Shown: one piece after another, positions 50,793 through 60,500 of the stretch
Layout: each line of letters begins with the position of its first letter
Numbering within the stretch: position 1 is the stretch's first letter
Assembly: GCA_021299385.1 (NCBI GenBank)
Contig: JAJTGZ010000006.1
Span: 9,926-73,925, forward strand
DNA from: Phycisphaeraceae bacterium
Lineage (GTDB): Bacteria; Planctomycetota; Phycisphaerae; Phycisphaerales; UBA1924
Reading direction: 5' to 3'
DNA length: 64,000 bases
Notes under the pieces: model-generated
Databases searched by the model: none
Told to the model about the DNA's origin: nothing
What the model saw: only the letters and a program-made list of their open reading frames with translations
Position numbers and translations under genes: made by a program

Positions 50793-52370
50793 CTAAGCAC
50801 TAACAACGCGTCCCTCGCTGGCGAGGGCGGCTTCGCGGATCGCCTCGTGCATGGTTGGGTGGGCGTGGAAGGTGCAGATGACCTCTTCGGTGGTGGCTTC
50901 GAGTCGGCGGGCGAGGGTCATCTCGGCGATGAGTTCGGTGGCCTGGTCGCCCATGATGTGCGCGCCGAGGATTTCGCCACGCGGGAGGCCGCGGATGATT
51001 TTGACGAACCCATCGGTGTGTGCCGCGGCGATCGCCTTGCCCGAGGCGGAGAAGGGGAAGGTGCCGACGGCATAGTCCTTGTCCTTGACCTTGCCCTGCT
51101 CGATGAGGCGTTGCTCGGTGAAGCCGACGCTGGCGACCTGGGGGAGGCAGTAGGTGCAGCCTGGGACGACGGCGTAGTCGATGGGGATTGGTTCGTGGTT
51201 GAGTTTGCCGGCTTTGTGTGCGATGCGTTCGACGCAGATGGTGCCCTCTTCGCTGGCGACGTGGGCGAGCCAGGGTGGGCCGATGACGTCGCCGACGGCA
51301 TAGACGCCGGGGAGGTTGGTGATGTAGTCGATCGGTTCGTCTTTGGTGCCCGATGTGCCTGGGCCTGCGGGCTTGAAGTCGGTAACGATGTGCCCGCGGT
51401 CGGTTTTGAGGCCCAGGGAGGGGTCGCAGAGGCCATCGGTGCGCCCGACGACGCCGATGGCGAGCAGGACGCGGTCGGCTTCGAGGGTCTGTGCTTTGGA
51501 GGCGTCGGGCTTGCCGTCGGCGAGGGGGGCGACGGTAACTTTGACGCCGGTGGGGGTTTTGTCGATGGCGGTGGTGGTGTGGCCGGTGAGGAGTTTGAGG
51601 CCGTGCTTGGTGTAGAGCTTGCCCATGGCGGCGGAGATGTCTTTGTCCTCGATGGGCAGGACGCGGTCGAGCATCTCGACGACGGTGACTTGCGTGCCCA
51701 TGGTGTGGTAGAAGTAGGCGAACTCCATGCCGATGGCGCCGGCGCCGACGACGATGAGTTTCTTGGGTTTTTCTTTGTTGAACATGGCCTCGCGAGCGCC
51801 CCAGATGCGGTCGCCGTCAAAGCGGGCGAAGGGGAGGTCTCGAGCGACGCTGCCGGTGGCGACGACGGCATAGTCGGCGGTGATGGTCTGAGTGGTTTTG
51901 CCGGGGGTTGCGGGTGCGCTGGTGAGCTCTTCCTTGACGGCACACTCTTGGATGTCGATGGTGACTTTGGCTTTGGTGGGGCCGAAGCGTTCGGCCTTGG
52001 TGATCTTGGCGTTGCCTGTCAGGACGGTGATCTTGTTCTTGCGCATCAGGAACTCGATGCCCTTGTTGAGCTTTGCGGCGACCTCGCGTGAGCGTGTGAT
52101 GACGCGGTCCCAGTCGAGCTCGACGGAGCCGGTGATCTTGAGGCCCCAGAATTTTTGATCGTCGAGTTTGGACATTTTTTCGACGAGCTCGGCGTTTGCG
52201 AGGAGGGCCTTGCTTGGGATGCACCCCCAGTTGAGGCAGACGCCGCCGAGCTTGGCGCGCTCGACGATGGCGGTCTTGAAGCCGAGCTGAGCGGCACGGA
52301 TAGCCGCGACGTACCCGCCGGGGCCGCCGCCGATGACGACGAGATCAAAGTGGTTGGTCGAATCAGCCAC
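50793..52370 (-). CDS. lpdA: Dihydrolipoamide dehydrogenase
   Basis: GGGPGGYVAAIRAAQLG, GGVCLNWGCIPSK, GAGAIGMEFA, HAHPTMHE. Confidence 0.95.
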   Translation of the reverse strand: MADSTNHFDLVVIGGGPGGYVAAIRAAQLGFKTAIVERAKLGGVCLNWGCIPSKALLANAELVEKMSKLDDQKFWGLKITGSVELDWDRVITRSREVAAKLNKGIEFLMRKNKITVLTGNAKITKAERFGPTKAKVTIDIQECAVKEELTSAPATPGKTTQTITADYAVVATGSVARDLPFARFDGDRIWGAREAMFNKEKPKKLIVVGAGAIGMEFAYFYHTMGTQVTVVEMLDRVLPIEDKDISAAMGKLYTKHGLKLLTGHTTTAIDKTPTGVKVTVAPLADGKPDASKAQTLEADRVLLAIGVVGRTDGLCDPSLGLKTDRGHIVTDFKPAGPGTSGTKDEPIDYITNLPGVYAVGDVIGPPWLAHVASEEGTICVERIAHKAGKLNHEPIPIDYAVVPGCTYCLPQVASVGFTEQRLIEQGKVKDKDYAVGTFPFSASGKAIAAAHTDGFVKIIRGLPRGEILGAHIMGDQATELIAEMTLARRLEATTEEVICTFHAHPTMHEAIREAALASEGRVVSA

Positions 52371-52476
52371 GTTTAGTTCCTTTCAGAAGCCGAACTGAGT
52401 GGTATGGGTGGGTGTGGTGTCGGTCGGGTTCGAGTATAGGTCTGCCGGTGTTGGAGGCCCTCTATCCTCACGAGCC

Positions 52477-53853
52477 ATGCTGACGCTGACTTATCCGATT
52501 GCGCGGACGACGTTCACCGAGTGCGTGCGTCAGCCGATTTATTTTTTGATCCTGGTAATCGCCGCGGGTTCGACGGTGCTGACGACGGCGGTGTCGGGGT
52601 TTACGATGGGATACACCGAGAGTGGTGAGGTCTCTGGGGACGACAAGTTGCTGCTGGAGCTTGGGCTGGCGAGCGTGCTGGCGTTGTCGGTGCTGCTGGC
52701 GGGGTTCATCGCGACGGCGGCGGTCTCGCGTGAGATCGAGAACAAGACGGTGCTGACGATCGTGAGCAAGCCGGTGCCCAGGACGGTGCTGATCGTGGGC
52801 AAGTGGATGGGCGTAACAGGGGCGATGCTGCTGGCGACGGGGACGATGCTGCTGTTTTTGCTGCTGGGGATTCGGCACGGGGTGCTGACGGCGGTGTCGG
52901 ACCCGATCGACCAGCCGGCGATCATCCTTGGGTTGAGCGCGTTTGTGCTGTCGCTGGCATTTGGGGTGTGGGGGTCGTTTTTTTATGGGTGGTCGTTCCC
53001 GCAGACGGCGTCGTTGGCGATGCTGCCGTTGACGGCCGTGGCGTACGTGCTGGTGCTGACGCAAAAGAAGGCGTGGGGGTGGCAACCGATCGATGCGACG
53101 CTCAAGCCGCAGGTGATGCTTGCCTGTTTGGGGTTGCTGCTGAGCGTGCCGGTGCTGACGAGTATTGCGGTGGCGGTGTCGACGCGTCTTGGGCAGGTGA
53201 TGACGATTGTTGTGTGCTTTGGGGTGTTTGTGCTTGGTCTGCTGTCGGCGAACCTGCTGGGCAGCCGGGCGCTGCGGAACGAGCCGATCGGGCAGGTGCT
53301 GATCGCCGAGCCTGAGCGGCAGCGTATGAGCAGCATGGAGAAGCCCGGGGATATCTGGTTCATCACGGCCGAGACGGGGCTGACGGTAACGCCCAAGCCT
53401 GGGGACCCGTTCTTCTTTGCCGCCTCGCCCAACGGGGTTGACCGCCCGGTGCACTTCCGGCCGTTTGTGAACCCGGATCCTGGGAGTGGGGGTGTGGGGC
53501 TGGCCAAGCGTGAGGCGATGATCACGCTGGGGGTGGCGCCGGCGCTGGTGATCACAGCGGTGGAGGGGCGGAAGTTGACGGTGATGACGATTGGTGGGGA
53601 TGATCTGCGTGTGCAGCGGCCGCCGCAGCGTGGGGACTATATCTTTTTGACCCCGACGAGCGTGAACTACGCGGCGTTGGGTGCGTGGGGGCTGGTGCCG
53701 AATGTGCAGTTCTTTTGGCTGCTCGACGCGGTGGCGCAGAACAACCCGGTGCCGATGTCGCACTTTGGGCTGCTGGTGCTGTACGCGGTCTGCCAGGTGA
53801 GCGTGTTTTTGAGCCTGGCGGTGCTGCTGTTTGAGAAACGGGACGTGGGGTGA
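52477..53853 (+). CDS. ABC-2 type permease-like membrane protein
   Basis: IARTTFTECVRQP, REIENKTVLTIVSKPV.R...IVGK, multiple TMs, ends FEKRDVG. Confidence 0.8.
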   Translation: MLTLTYPIARTTFTECVRQPIYFLILVIAAGSTVLTTAVSGFTMGYTESGEVSGDDKLLLELGLASVLALSVLLAGFIATAAVSREIENKTVLTIVSKPVPRTVLIVGKWMGVTGAMLLATGTMLLFLLLGIRHGVLTAVSDPIDQPAIILGLSAFVLSLAFGVWGSFFYGWSFPQTASLAMLPLTAVAYVLVLTQKKAWGWQPIDATLKPQVMLACLGLLLSVPVLTSIAVAVSTRLGQVMTIVVCFGVFVLGLLSANLLGSRALRNEPIGQVLIAEPERQRMSSMEKPGDIWFITAETGLTVTPKPGDPFFFAASPNGVDRPVHFRPFVNPDPGSGGVGLAKREAMITLGVAPALVITAVEGRKLTVMTIGGDDLRVQRPPQRGDYIFLTPTSVNYAALGAWGLVPNVQFFWLLDAVAQNNPVPMSHFGLLVLYAVCQVSVFLSLAVLLFEKRDVG

Positions 53854-54002
53854 GGGACTTGGGCCTAGGACCGGCCCGGTGCCCCCGACGGCGGTATCAT
53901 CCCCCCCGCGCTTTGCGGTCGTCGCGCGGGGGCGGTTTGGTTTATGCTTTGTTTGGTTTTTCGTTTGGGGTTGTGTTCGCACATTGAAAGGCTCGCTTCA
54001 AC

Positions 54003-54299
54003 ATGCAGATCAACGTCATCGGCAAGCACATGGAAGTAACCGAGGCCATCCGCGCATACGCCCAGAAGAAGGCGAGCAAGTTGCCGATGCACTTTGACCG
54101 TGTGCAGTCGATCACGCTTCGTCTGGAGCAGGACCCGCAGAAGACCAGTTTCCATGCCGAGGTGGTGTGCGATGTCGAGAAGCACGAGGACTTCATCGGG
54201 CATTGTCATCATGCGGACCTGTACCACGCGATCGACGAGGCGGTGGCCAAGGTCGATCGGCAGGTCGTGGCGTTCAAGGAAAAGCTCAAGGGTGGTTGA
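54003..54299 (+). CDS. hpf: Ribosome hibernation factor HPF/RaiA
   Basis: MQINVIGKHMEVTEAIRAYA..K..KL, DLYHAID.AV.K.DRQ...KEK. Confidence 0.92.
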   Translation: MQINVIGKHMEVTEAIRAYAQKKASKLPMHFDRVQSITLRLEQDPQKTSFHAEVVCDVEKHEDFIGHCHHADLYHAIDEAVAKVDRQVVAFKEKLKGG

Positions 54300-54354
54300 T
54301 TGCCGCCCGTGCCCGTGTTGTTGAAGTTCTGCCGCACCCTTTGCACCTGCCTCT

Positions 54355-54825
54355 ATGAAGCTGACTGACCTGATCGCCCCGAACGCCATTGTCGCCCAGC
54401 TGACCAGCCGGGAGCGGGACGGCGTGATTGCCGAGCTTGTCGATGCGCTCGTGCAGGCGGGGGGCGTGGAAGAGGGGACGCGCGATGAACTGATCAAGAT
54501 GCTCTTAGAGCGTGAGAAGCGGAGCACGACGGGCTTTGGTGCGGGGATCGCCGTGCCGCATGCGAAGCACCCGAAGGTAACGCGTGTGAGCGCGGCGATC
54601 GGGCTCTCGGCATCGGGGCTCGACTTTTCGAGCATCGACATGCAGCCGGTTTATACCGTGGTGCTGCTGCTGAGCCCGCACGAAAAGCCCGATGAGCACC
54701 TGCACGCGATGGAAGTGATCTTCAAGGTGCTTAGCCAGGATTCCTTCCGCCGGCTGCTGCGCCAGGCCAGCACGGCCGAAGAGGTGCAATCGCTGCTGGA
54801 CGGCGTCGACGCACAGCACGTCTGA
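54355..54825 (+). CDS. ptsN: PTS EIIA (Ntr/Fru-type)
   Basis: EREKRSTTGFGAGIAVPHAK, DFSSID..PV; follows hpf. Confidence 0.85.
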   Translation: MKLTDLIAPNAIVAQLTSRERDGVIAELVDALVQAGGVEEGTRDELIKMLLEREKRSTTGFGAGIAVPHAKHPKVTRVSAAIGLSASGLDFSSIDMQPVYTVVLLLSPHEKPDEHLHAMEVIFKVLSQDSFRRLLRQASTAEEVQSLLDGVDAQHV

Positions 54826-54990
54826 GAGGGGCACCCCGGCACACCGATCAGTAAGGTGAGCCTCGGGTGCGCGGGGTGGCGACGCTCACGCCGCCCATTG
54901 CACCGCTGACCGTTGTACCTGCCGCCCTTGTTTGCTGCCCTTGTTCCTCCGACCCTTGTGCTGATCCTTGTTCAACCCGCCTTGCCCAGT

Positions 54991-55263
54991 ATGCCCAGCG
55001 CCCGAGTCCAGACCGTGATCAAGAACAAGCTCGGGCTGCACGCCCGGCCGGCGATGGTCTTTGTCGACGCGGCCAGCGCGTTCCAGGCGAGCGTGGCGGT
55101 GGAGGGGAACGGGCAGAGCGTCGACGGCAAGAGCATCATGATGATGATGCTGCTGGCGGCGACGCAGGGAACGCCCATCGAGATCATCTGCGACGGCCCG
55201 GACGCGGATGCCGCGTGCGAGGCGTTGAAGAAGTTGGTGGATAATGGGTTTGATGAACAGTGA
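54991..55263 (+). CDS. ptsH: Phosphocarrier HPr
   Basis: NKLGLHARPA (His15), VDGKSIM (Ser46). Confidence 0.92.
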   Translation: MPSARVQTVIKNKLGLHARPAMVFVDAASAFQASVAVEGNGQSVDGKSIMMMMLLAATQGTPIEIICDGPDADAACEALKKLVDNGFDEQ

Positions 55264-55271
55264 GGGGGGCA

Positions 55272-55390
55272 GGCATTGGGATAGGCAATGGGCAATGGGC
55301 AATAGGCAATGGGCGCGAAAGAGTCTGACGCCAACGCTCGGCTAGCCGCGCCTATTGCCGATTGCCGATTGCCCATTCCCTATTGCCTAC
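55272..55390. repeat. Inverted arrays of 7-bp units between convergent genes
   Basis: (GGCAATR)n ... (DATTGCC)n; right arm overlaps the stop codon at 55380. Confidence 0.85.
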
Positions 55391-56447
55391 CCCCCACTGC
55401 TTTTCTCGCTGCCAGCACCGCCGCGTGCAGGTCGGCAGGGGCCCCGAGGATGCCCTGGGTTTGGCCGAGCGTGATGCGGGACCAATCCAGGGGCTGGCCG
55501 AGCGCGTCGGTTACCAGGCACCCGGCGCGTTCGAGTAGGAGGCACCCGGCGGCGTGGTCCCAGGCCTTCTCACTGTTTCGGCGTGGGGGTCGGTCGTAGA
55601 CATCGGCTTGGCCACGCGCGACGAGGGCGTACTTGGCCTGGCTGTCCATCGCCAGCGGGAGCGGCCGGCTGCCGAGGGTGTGGGCCATCTCGTCGGCCAG
55701 GGAGGTGAAGTTGCGGACGCGCCCCTCGCTGGCCTCGACAGAGAAGGTGATGATGGGGTGCGCACGCGGCAGGCCGGGGCGGGGCGGGATCGGGCGCAGG
55801 GGTGCCTGGCAAATCTCCCCAGCGTGCGTGAGCAGCGGGCCGTGCAGGACCGGCCCGTTGGCGGTGCACGCGATGACCATGCCGATCGGGTCGATGCGTA
55901 CGGCGTGCTCGTCGGCAGCCGTGCTTGGCTCGTGCGAAATGTCAAAGGCCAGGTTCGGGCAGGCCAACGCCGCGACGACCGGGCGCCCACGCTCGATCAG
56001 CGCCAGGCAAACGGCAAAGTGGCGTTGTGCCATGAACCCTTTAGTGCCGTCGACCGGGTCGATCACCCAGGCGCGTTCGGGGAGCAGGTCGGTGGTGCAC
56101 GCGCGATGGCCGAGCATGGCAAGAACCTGCTCGGGCGTGGCGTCGGTCCACGCGCTGGCCGATTGCAGGGCGAGTGCGACCTGCGCCAGGAGTGCGGGGG
56201 CTTGGCCGAGGGTGTGGGCCTGTTCCTCGCCGGCGATGGGCGCGTCGGCCTCGTGCTCGATGAGCGTGCGGACGATGAGGGCTTGGGCGGCGTAGTCGGC
56301 GACGGTAACCGGTGAGCCGTCGGCCTTGCTGACGCCCTCGTGCGCGAGGGAGTGCTGCAGCCGTTTGCACATCTGCCCCGCCAGGCGTACGCCCTCGATC
56401 GCGGCATGCAACGAAACCTCGGCTGTTGGTGCGGGGCTTGTCGGCAC
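55380..56447 (-). CDS. 3'(2'),5'-bisphosphate nucleotidase, HAL2/SAL1-like (inositol monophosphatase family)
   Basis: KADGSPVTVADYAAQ, GEE, WVIDPVDGTKGF, LACPNL, MDSQAKY, EKAWDHAAG. Confidence 0.88.
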   Translation of the reverse strand: MPTSPAPTAEVSLHAAIEGVRLAGQMCKRLQHSLAHEGVSKADGSPVTVADYAAQALIVRTLIEHEADAPIAGEEQAHTLGQAPALLAQVALALQSASAWTDATPEQVLAMLGHRACTTDLLPERAWVIDPVDGTKGFMAQRHFAVCLALIERGRPVVAALACPNLAFDISHEPSTAADEHAVRIDPIGMVIACTANGPVLHGPLLTHAGEICQAPLRPIPPRPGLPRAHPIITFSVEASEGRVRNFTSLADEMAHTLGSRPLPLAMDSQAKYALVARGQADVYDRPPRRNSEKAWDHAAGCLLLERAGCLVTDALGQPLDWSRITLGQTQGILGAPADLHAAVLAARKAVGGRQ

Positions 56448-56550
56448 GGGTACGACGATAGCAGGCTCGCGGGCGGGGCCGCGACGACAAGAAATCCCGA
56501 CCGACCTACCCTCTTCGCTTTGATACGCCCTCGGCGGCGCGGGAGCAACT

Positions 56551-57519
56551 ATGGACCTTGCGGGCAAGAAGATCGTCGTAACCGGTGGTGCCGGGTTTTT
56601 GGGCAGGTCGGTGCTCGGCGCGCTGCGGGCGCGTGGCGTGCAGGAACGCGACCTCTTTGTCCCCAGACGCAGAGACTTTGACCTCACGAGCGAGGTTGGT
56701 GTAGCCCGGCTGTACGCACAGGCCTTTGCAGGGGCGAAGGTTGATGTCGTCATCCACCTGGCCGCGGAGGTTGGGGGGATCGGGGCGAACCTGCTCAACC
56801 CGGGGCGGTACTTCTTTGCCAACATGGCCATGGCGTTGCACCTCATCGAGCAGGCGCGTGCCGACGGCTTGGTCGAGCGTGGGGGGAAGTTTGTGCAGGT
56901 TGGGACGATCTGTGCGTACCCCAAGTTCACGCCGGTGCCGTTTGTTGAAGATGATCTTTGGAACGGGTACCCCGAGGAGACCAACGCGCCCTACGGCGTT
57001 GCGAAGAAGGCCGCGTGGCAGATGCTCGATGCGTACAAACTGCAGTATCAGATGCGCAGCGCCTATCTGCTGCCGGTGAACCTGTATGGCCCGCACGACA
57101 ACTTTGACCTGGGCAGTTCGCACGTCATCCCCGCGTTGATCCGCAAGTGCGTCGAGGCGCAGCAGCGTGGTGATAAGGAGATCGTCTGCTGGGGAACGGG
57201 CAGTGCGTCGCGCGAGTTTTTGTTCTCCGACGACGCCGCGGAGGGGATCGTGCGTGCGGCTGAGGTGATGGACGACCCGACGCCGATCAACCTGGGGGCG
57301 AGCTTCGAGATCAAGATCAAGGACCTCGTCGAGCTCATCGTCAAACTGACGGGGTTCAAGGGGGCGGTGGTGTGGGACGCGAGCAAGCCCGACGGGCAGC
57401 CGAGGCGGTGCCTGAGCACAGAGAAGGCCCAGAAACTGCTTGGCTGGAAGGCGCAGGTGGGGTTTGAGGATGGGCTGAAGAGGACGATCGAGTGGTATCG
57501 GGCGAACTGCAAAGGCTGA
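56551..57519 (+). CDS. fcl: GDP-L-fucose synthase
   Basis: [38 protein letters not shown]...[14 protein letters not shown]...[12 protein letters not shown]. Confidence 0.92.
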   Translation: MDLAGKKIVVTGGAGFLGRSVLGALRARGVQERDLFVPRRRDFDLTSEVGVARLYAQAFAGAKVDVVIHLAAEVGGIGANLLNPGRYFFANMAMALHLIEQARADGLVERGGKFVQVGTICAYPKFTPVPFVEDDLWNGYPEETNAPYGVAKKAAWQMLDAYKLQYQMRSAYLLPVNLYGPHDNFDLGSSHVIPALIRKCVEAQQRGDKEIVCWGTGSASREFLFSDDAAEGIVRAAEVMDDPTPINLGASFEIKIKDLVELIVKLTGFKGAVVWDASKPDGQPRRCLSTEKAQKLLGWKAQVGFEDGLKRTIEWYRANCKG

Positions 57520-57544
57520 GCGCGGGCTGGAAGCCCGCGCCACC
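57520..57544. repeat. REP-like hairpin (GTGG-footed on minus strand)
   Basis: GCGCGGGCT-GGA-AGCCCGCGC-CACC. Confidence 0.55.
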
Positions 57545-57588
57545 GGAATCAGAAACCCGCTCGGCCCGGAGGTCCGAGGTACCCGGGA

Positions 57589-60500
57589 TCAATCACTCCC
57601 CGCCGCGACGCGTTTGCGTTCCCACGGCTTGGGTTCGCGTTTGACCATCTCGGGCTTCTTGGCCTCAAACTCCACGGCACCTGGGCCAAGCTCCCTGCCC
57701 GCCCAGGCCAAAAACTCGGCCGTCGGGGTGATGCGCGTGCGGGGCAGGTCCAGCGTGATCTCCGCACCGGCCGTGCGCACGAGCAGCTCGGCGGGCTTTG
57801 GCTCGCCGCCCGGGCGGGCCTGGGCGAGGTGGGCGACAAGGCCGTCGAGCTTTGCCTGCGCGCTGCCGTTGTGCCGGCGCTCGTCGATGACCACACGCAC
57901 GCGAGCGGCCAATAGCTCTGCCGCGGCCTCGATCGGGACGATCTGCTCGGCGATCAGCTGCGACTCACCCCGGCTCATGTCCACCTTGCCGACGATGAAG
58001 ACGATTTTGTCCACCCGTGCCGTCTCGGAATACTTGGCAAAGCAGTCGCTGAAGCAGACGCACTCGACGGTGCCATCTTTGTCCTCGATCGTCAGCACGC
58101 CCATCTTCTGGCCCGCGCTCTTGCCACTCTTGACCACCAGCACACGCACGCCCGCGATGAGCGCGCCGATGGCCACACGCTGGTCCTGCGGGTGCATCTT
58201 CTCGCGCAGCCGGCGTGAGGTGGTGTTGCCCAGGCCCTGCACCAGCGTGGCGTGCTCGTCGAGGGGGTGGCTGCTGACATAAAAGCCCAGCGTCTCCTTC
58301 TCGTGCTGGAGTGTCTCGGTCTCCGTCCACGGCGTGGCACGCGCCAGGGGCGTGCTGGCGGCCTTGACGGCGGGCGCCTGGACCGGGCCGCCGCCCATGC
58401 CACCGCCCATCTCACCGCCCATGCCAAAGAGCCCACCCTGGCCCGACGCGCGGTCGCGTGCGGCACTCAGGCCCGAGGCGACAGCACCCTCGACGGTGGC
58501 GAGCATCGCCGAGCGTGCGGCACGCCCGTGCAGGCAGTCAAACGACCCGCTCTTGATGAGCGCCTCGATGGTCGCCTTGTTGACGTTCCCCGCCGCGCTG
58601 CCGCCGCCGCCACCGACGGGGACGCGCTCGCAAAAGTCGTGCAGAGAGGTGAAGGGCCGAGGGGTGAGGGCCGAGGGGTGAGGGGATGCACCGCCGGTGC
58701 GTTCGCGCAGGATGCTCTCGATCGCCTTGTCCCCGACGCCCTTGATCGCGCCGAGGCCAAAGCGGATGTGCCCGTTGCCGGCCTTGCGCGCCTCACCGTC
58801 GGCAAAGACAACCGCAAAGTCCGCCTGAGACAAGTTGATATCCGGCGGCTTGACCTCGACGCCCACCTTGAGCGTCTTGCCCGTCGCCGGGTCGATCACA
58901 CGCGTGTTCTTGCAGTCTTCAAGGTACGGCACCCAGTCGCTCACCTGGCTTGCTGCGCTCTCAAAGGTCAGGAACGCGGCCATGTACTGCTGCGGAAAGT
59001 AGGTCTTCAAGTACGCCGTCTGATACGCGACGATCGCATACCCCGTGCTGTGGCTCTTGTTAAAGCCATACCCCGCAAACTTGAGGATGAGTTCGAACAG
59101 ATCCTCGGCCCCCTGCTTGCTCAGGCCCTGCGACTGCGCCCCGGCAACAAACTTGGGGCGTTCCTTCTCGATCTTGTCATGCTTTTTCTTGCTGATGTTT
59201 TTGATGAGCGTGTAGGCGTCGCGGAGTTTGATCCCGCCCAGGCCGTGCACGATCTGCATGACCTGCTCTTGGTAGACCATGACGCCGTAGGTCTCGCTGG
59301 TGTACTGATCGACAACGGCGTGCACGTGCGGGACCTCGACCTCGCCGTGCTTGCGTTTGTTGTAATCGGGGATCAGGTCCATCGGCCCTGGGCGGAAGAG
59401 GGCGTTGGCGGCGATGAGGTCTTCGAGGCGGTCGGGCTTCATCTCGACGAGCAGTCGGCGCATGCCGGGGGACTCAAACTGGAAGACGCCGGTGGTGTCG
59501 CCGCGGCGGAAGATTTCGAGCACGGCCTGATCGGTCGGCTCCAGGCGGTCCAGGTCCAGCGGGTGCGGGCCACCATCGCCTTGCGTGCGCCCTACGGCCT
59601 CCCAAACCTGCTCCTCAGCAAGACCCTCATTGATCAATTTCTTGCAGCGTTCCACAACGCTCAGCGTGCGCAGGCCTAAAAAATCCATCTTCAGCAGACC
59701 CATCTGCTCGCACGTCGGGCCGTCCCACTGCGTAACCGTTTCCTGGGTCCCGCTGGGGCGGTAGAGGGGGACTATCTCATCGAGCGGTCGCGTGGCGACG
59801 ATGACGCCCGCGGCGTGCACGCTCGCGTGCCGGGCTTGGCCCTCGATGGCCCGCGCATTGTCGATGATCCTCTGGACCATCGGGTCGCGGTCGTAGATCG
59901 CACGCAAATCCGGCTCCTGCTCCAGGGCCTTGTCCAGCGTGATGCCAACCTGCTCGGGCACAAGCTTGGCGATCTTGTCAACCTCCGCCAGCGGCATCTC
60001 CATCACGCGCCCAACGTCGCGGATCGCCGCCTTGGCCTTGAGCGTCCCGAAGGTGATGATCTGTGCAACGTGCCCGTACTTGTCGGCAACATACTTGATG
60101 ACCTCCGCACGCCCGTTCTGGCACAGGTCGATATCGATATCGGGAAACTCCGATCGGTCGGGGTCGGTGAAGCGTTCAAACAGCAGCCCGTACTGCACCG
60201 GGCAGGCGTTGGAGAGGCCGAGCACATAGCCGACCATCGTGCCCACGCCCGAGCCACGGGCGTTGGCCGGGATGCCACGCGTGCGACCCCAGTTGACGAA
60301 GTCCCAGACGATGAGGAAGTACGCGGCGATCCCCTTGTCGCAGAGGATTTTCAGTTCGCGCTCCAGGCGTGCGCGTTGGGTACCACCACGCTCCGCGTGG
60401 TGGCTCTCCTGCTCCCCCACGCGGAGCGTGGGGGTACCCGTCGTACCCGAACCCGACGGCCCATACCGCCACACATACCCACCCTCGGCCAGCAATCGCA

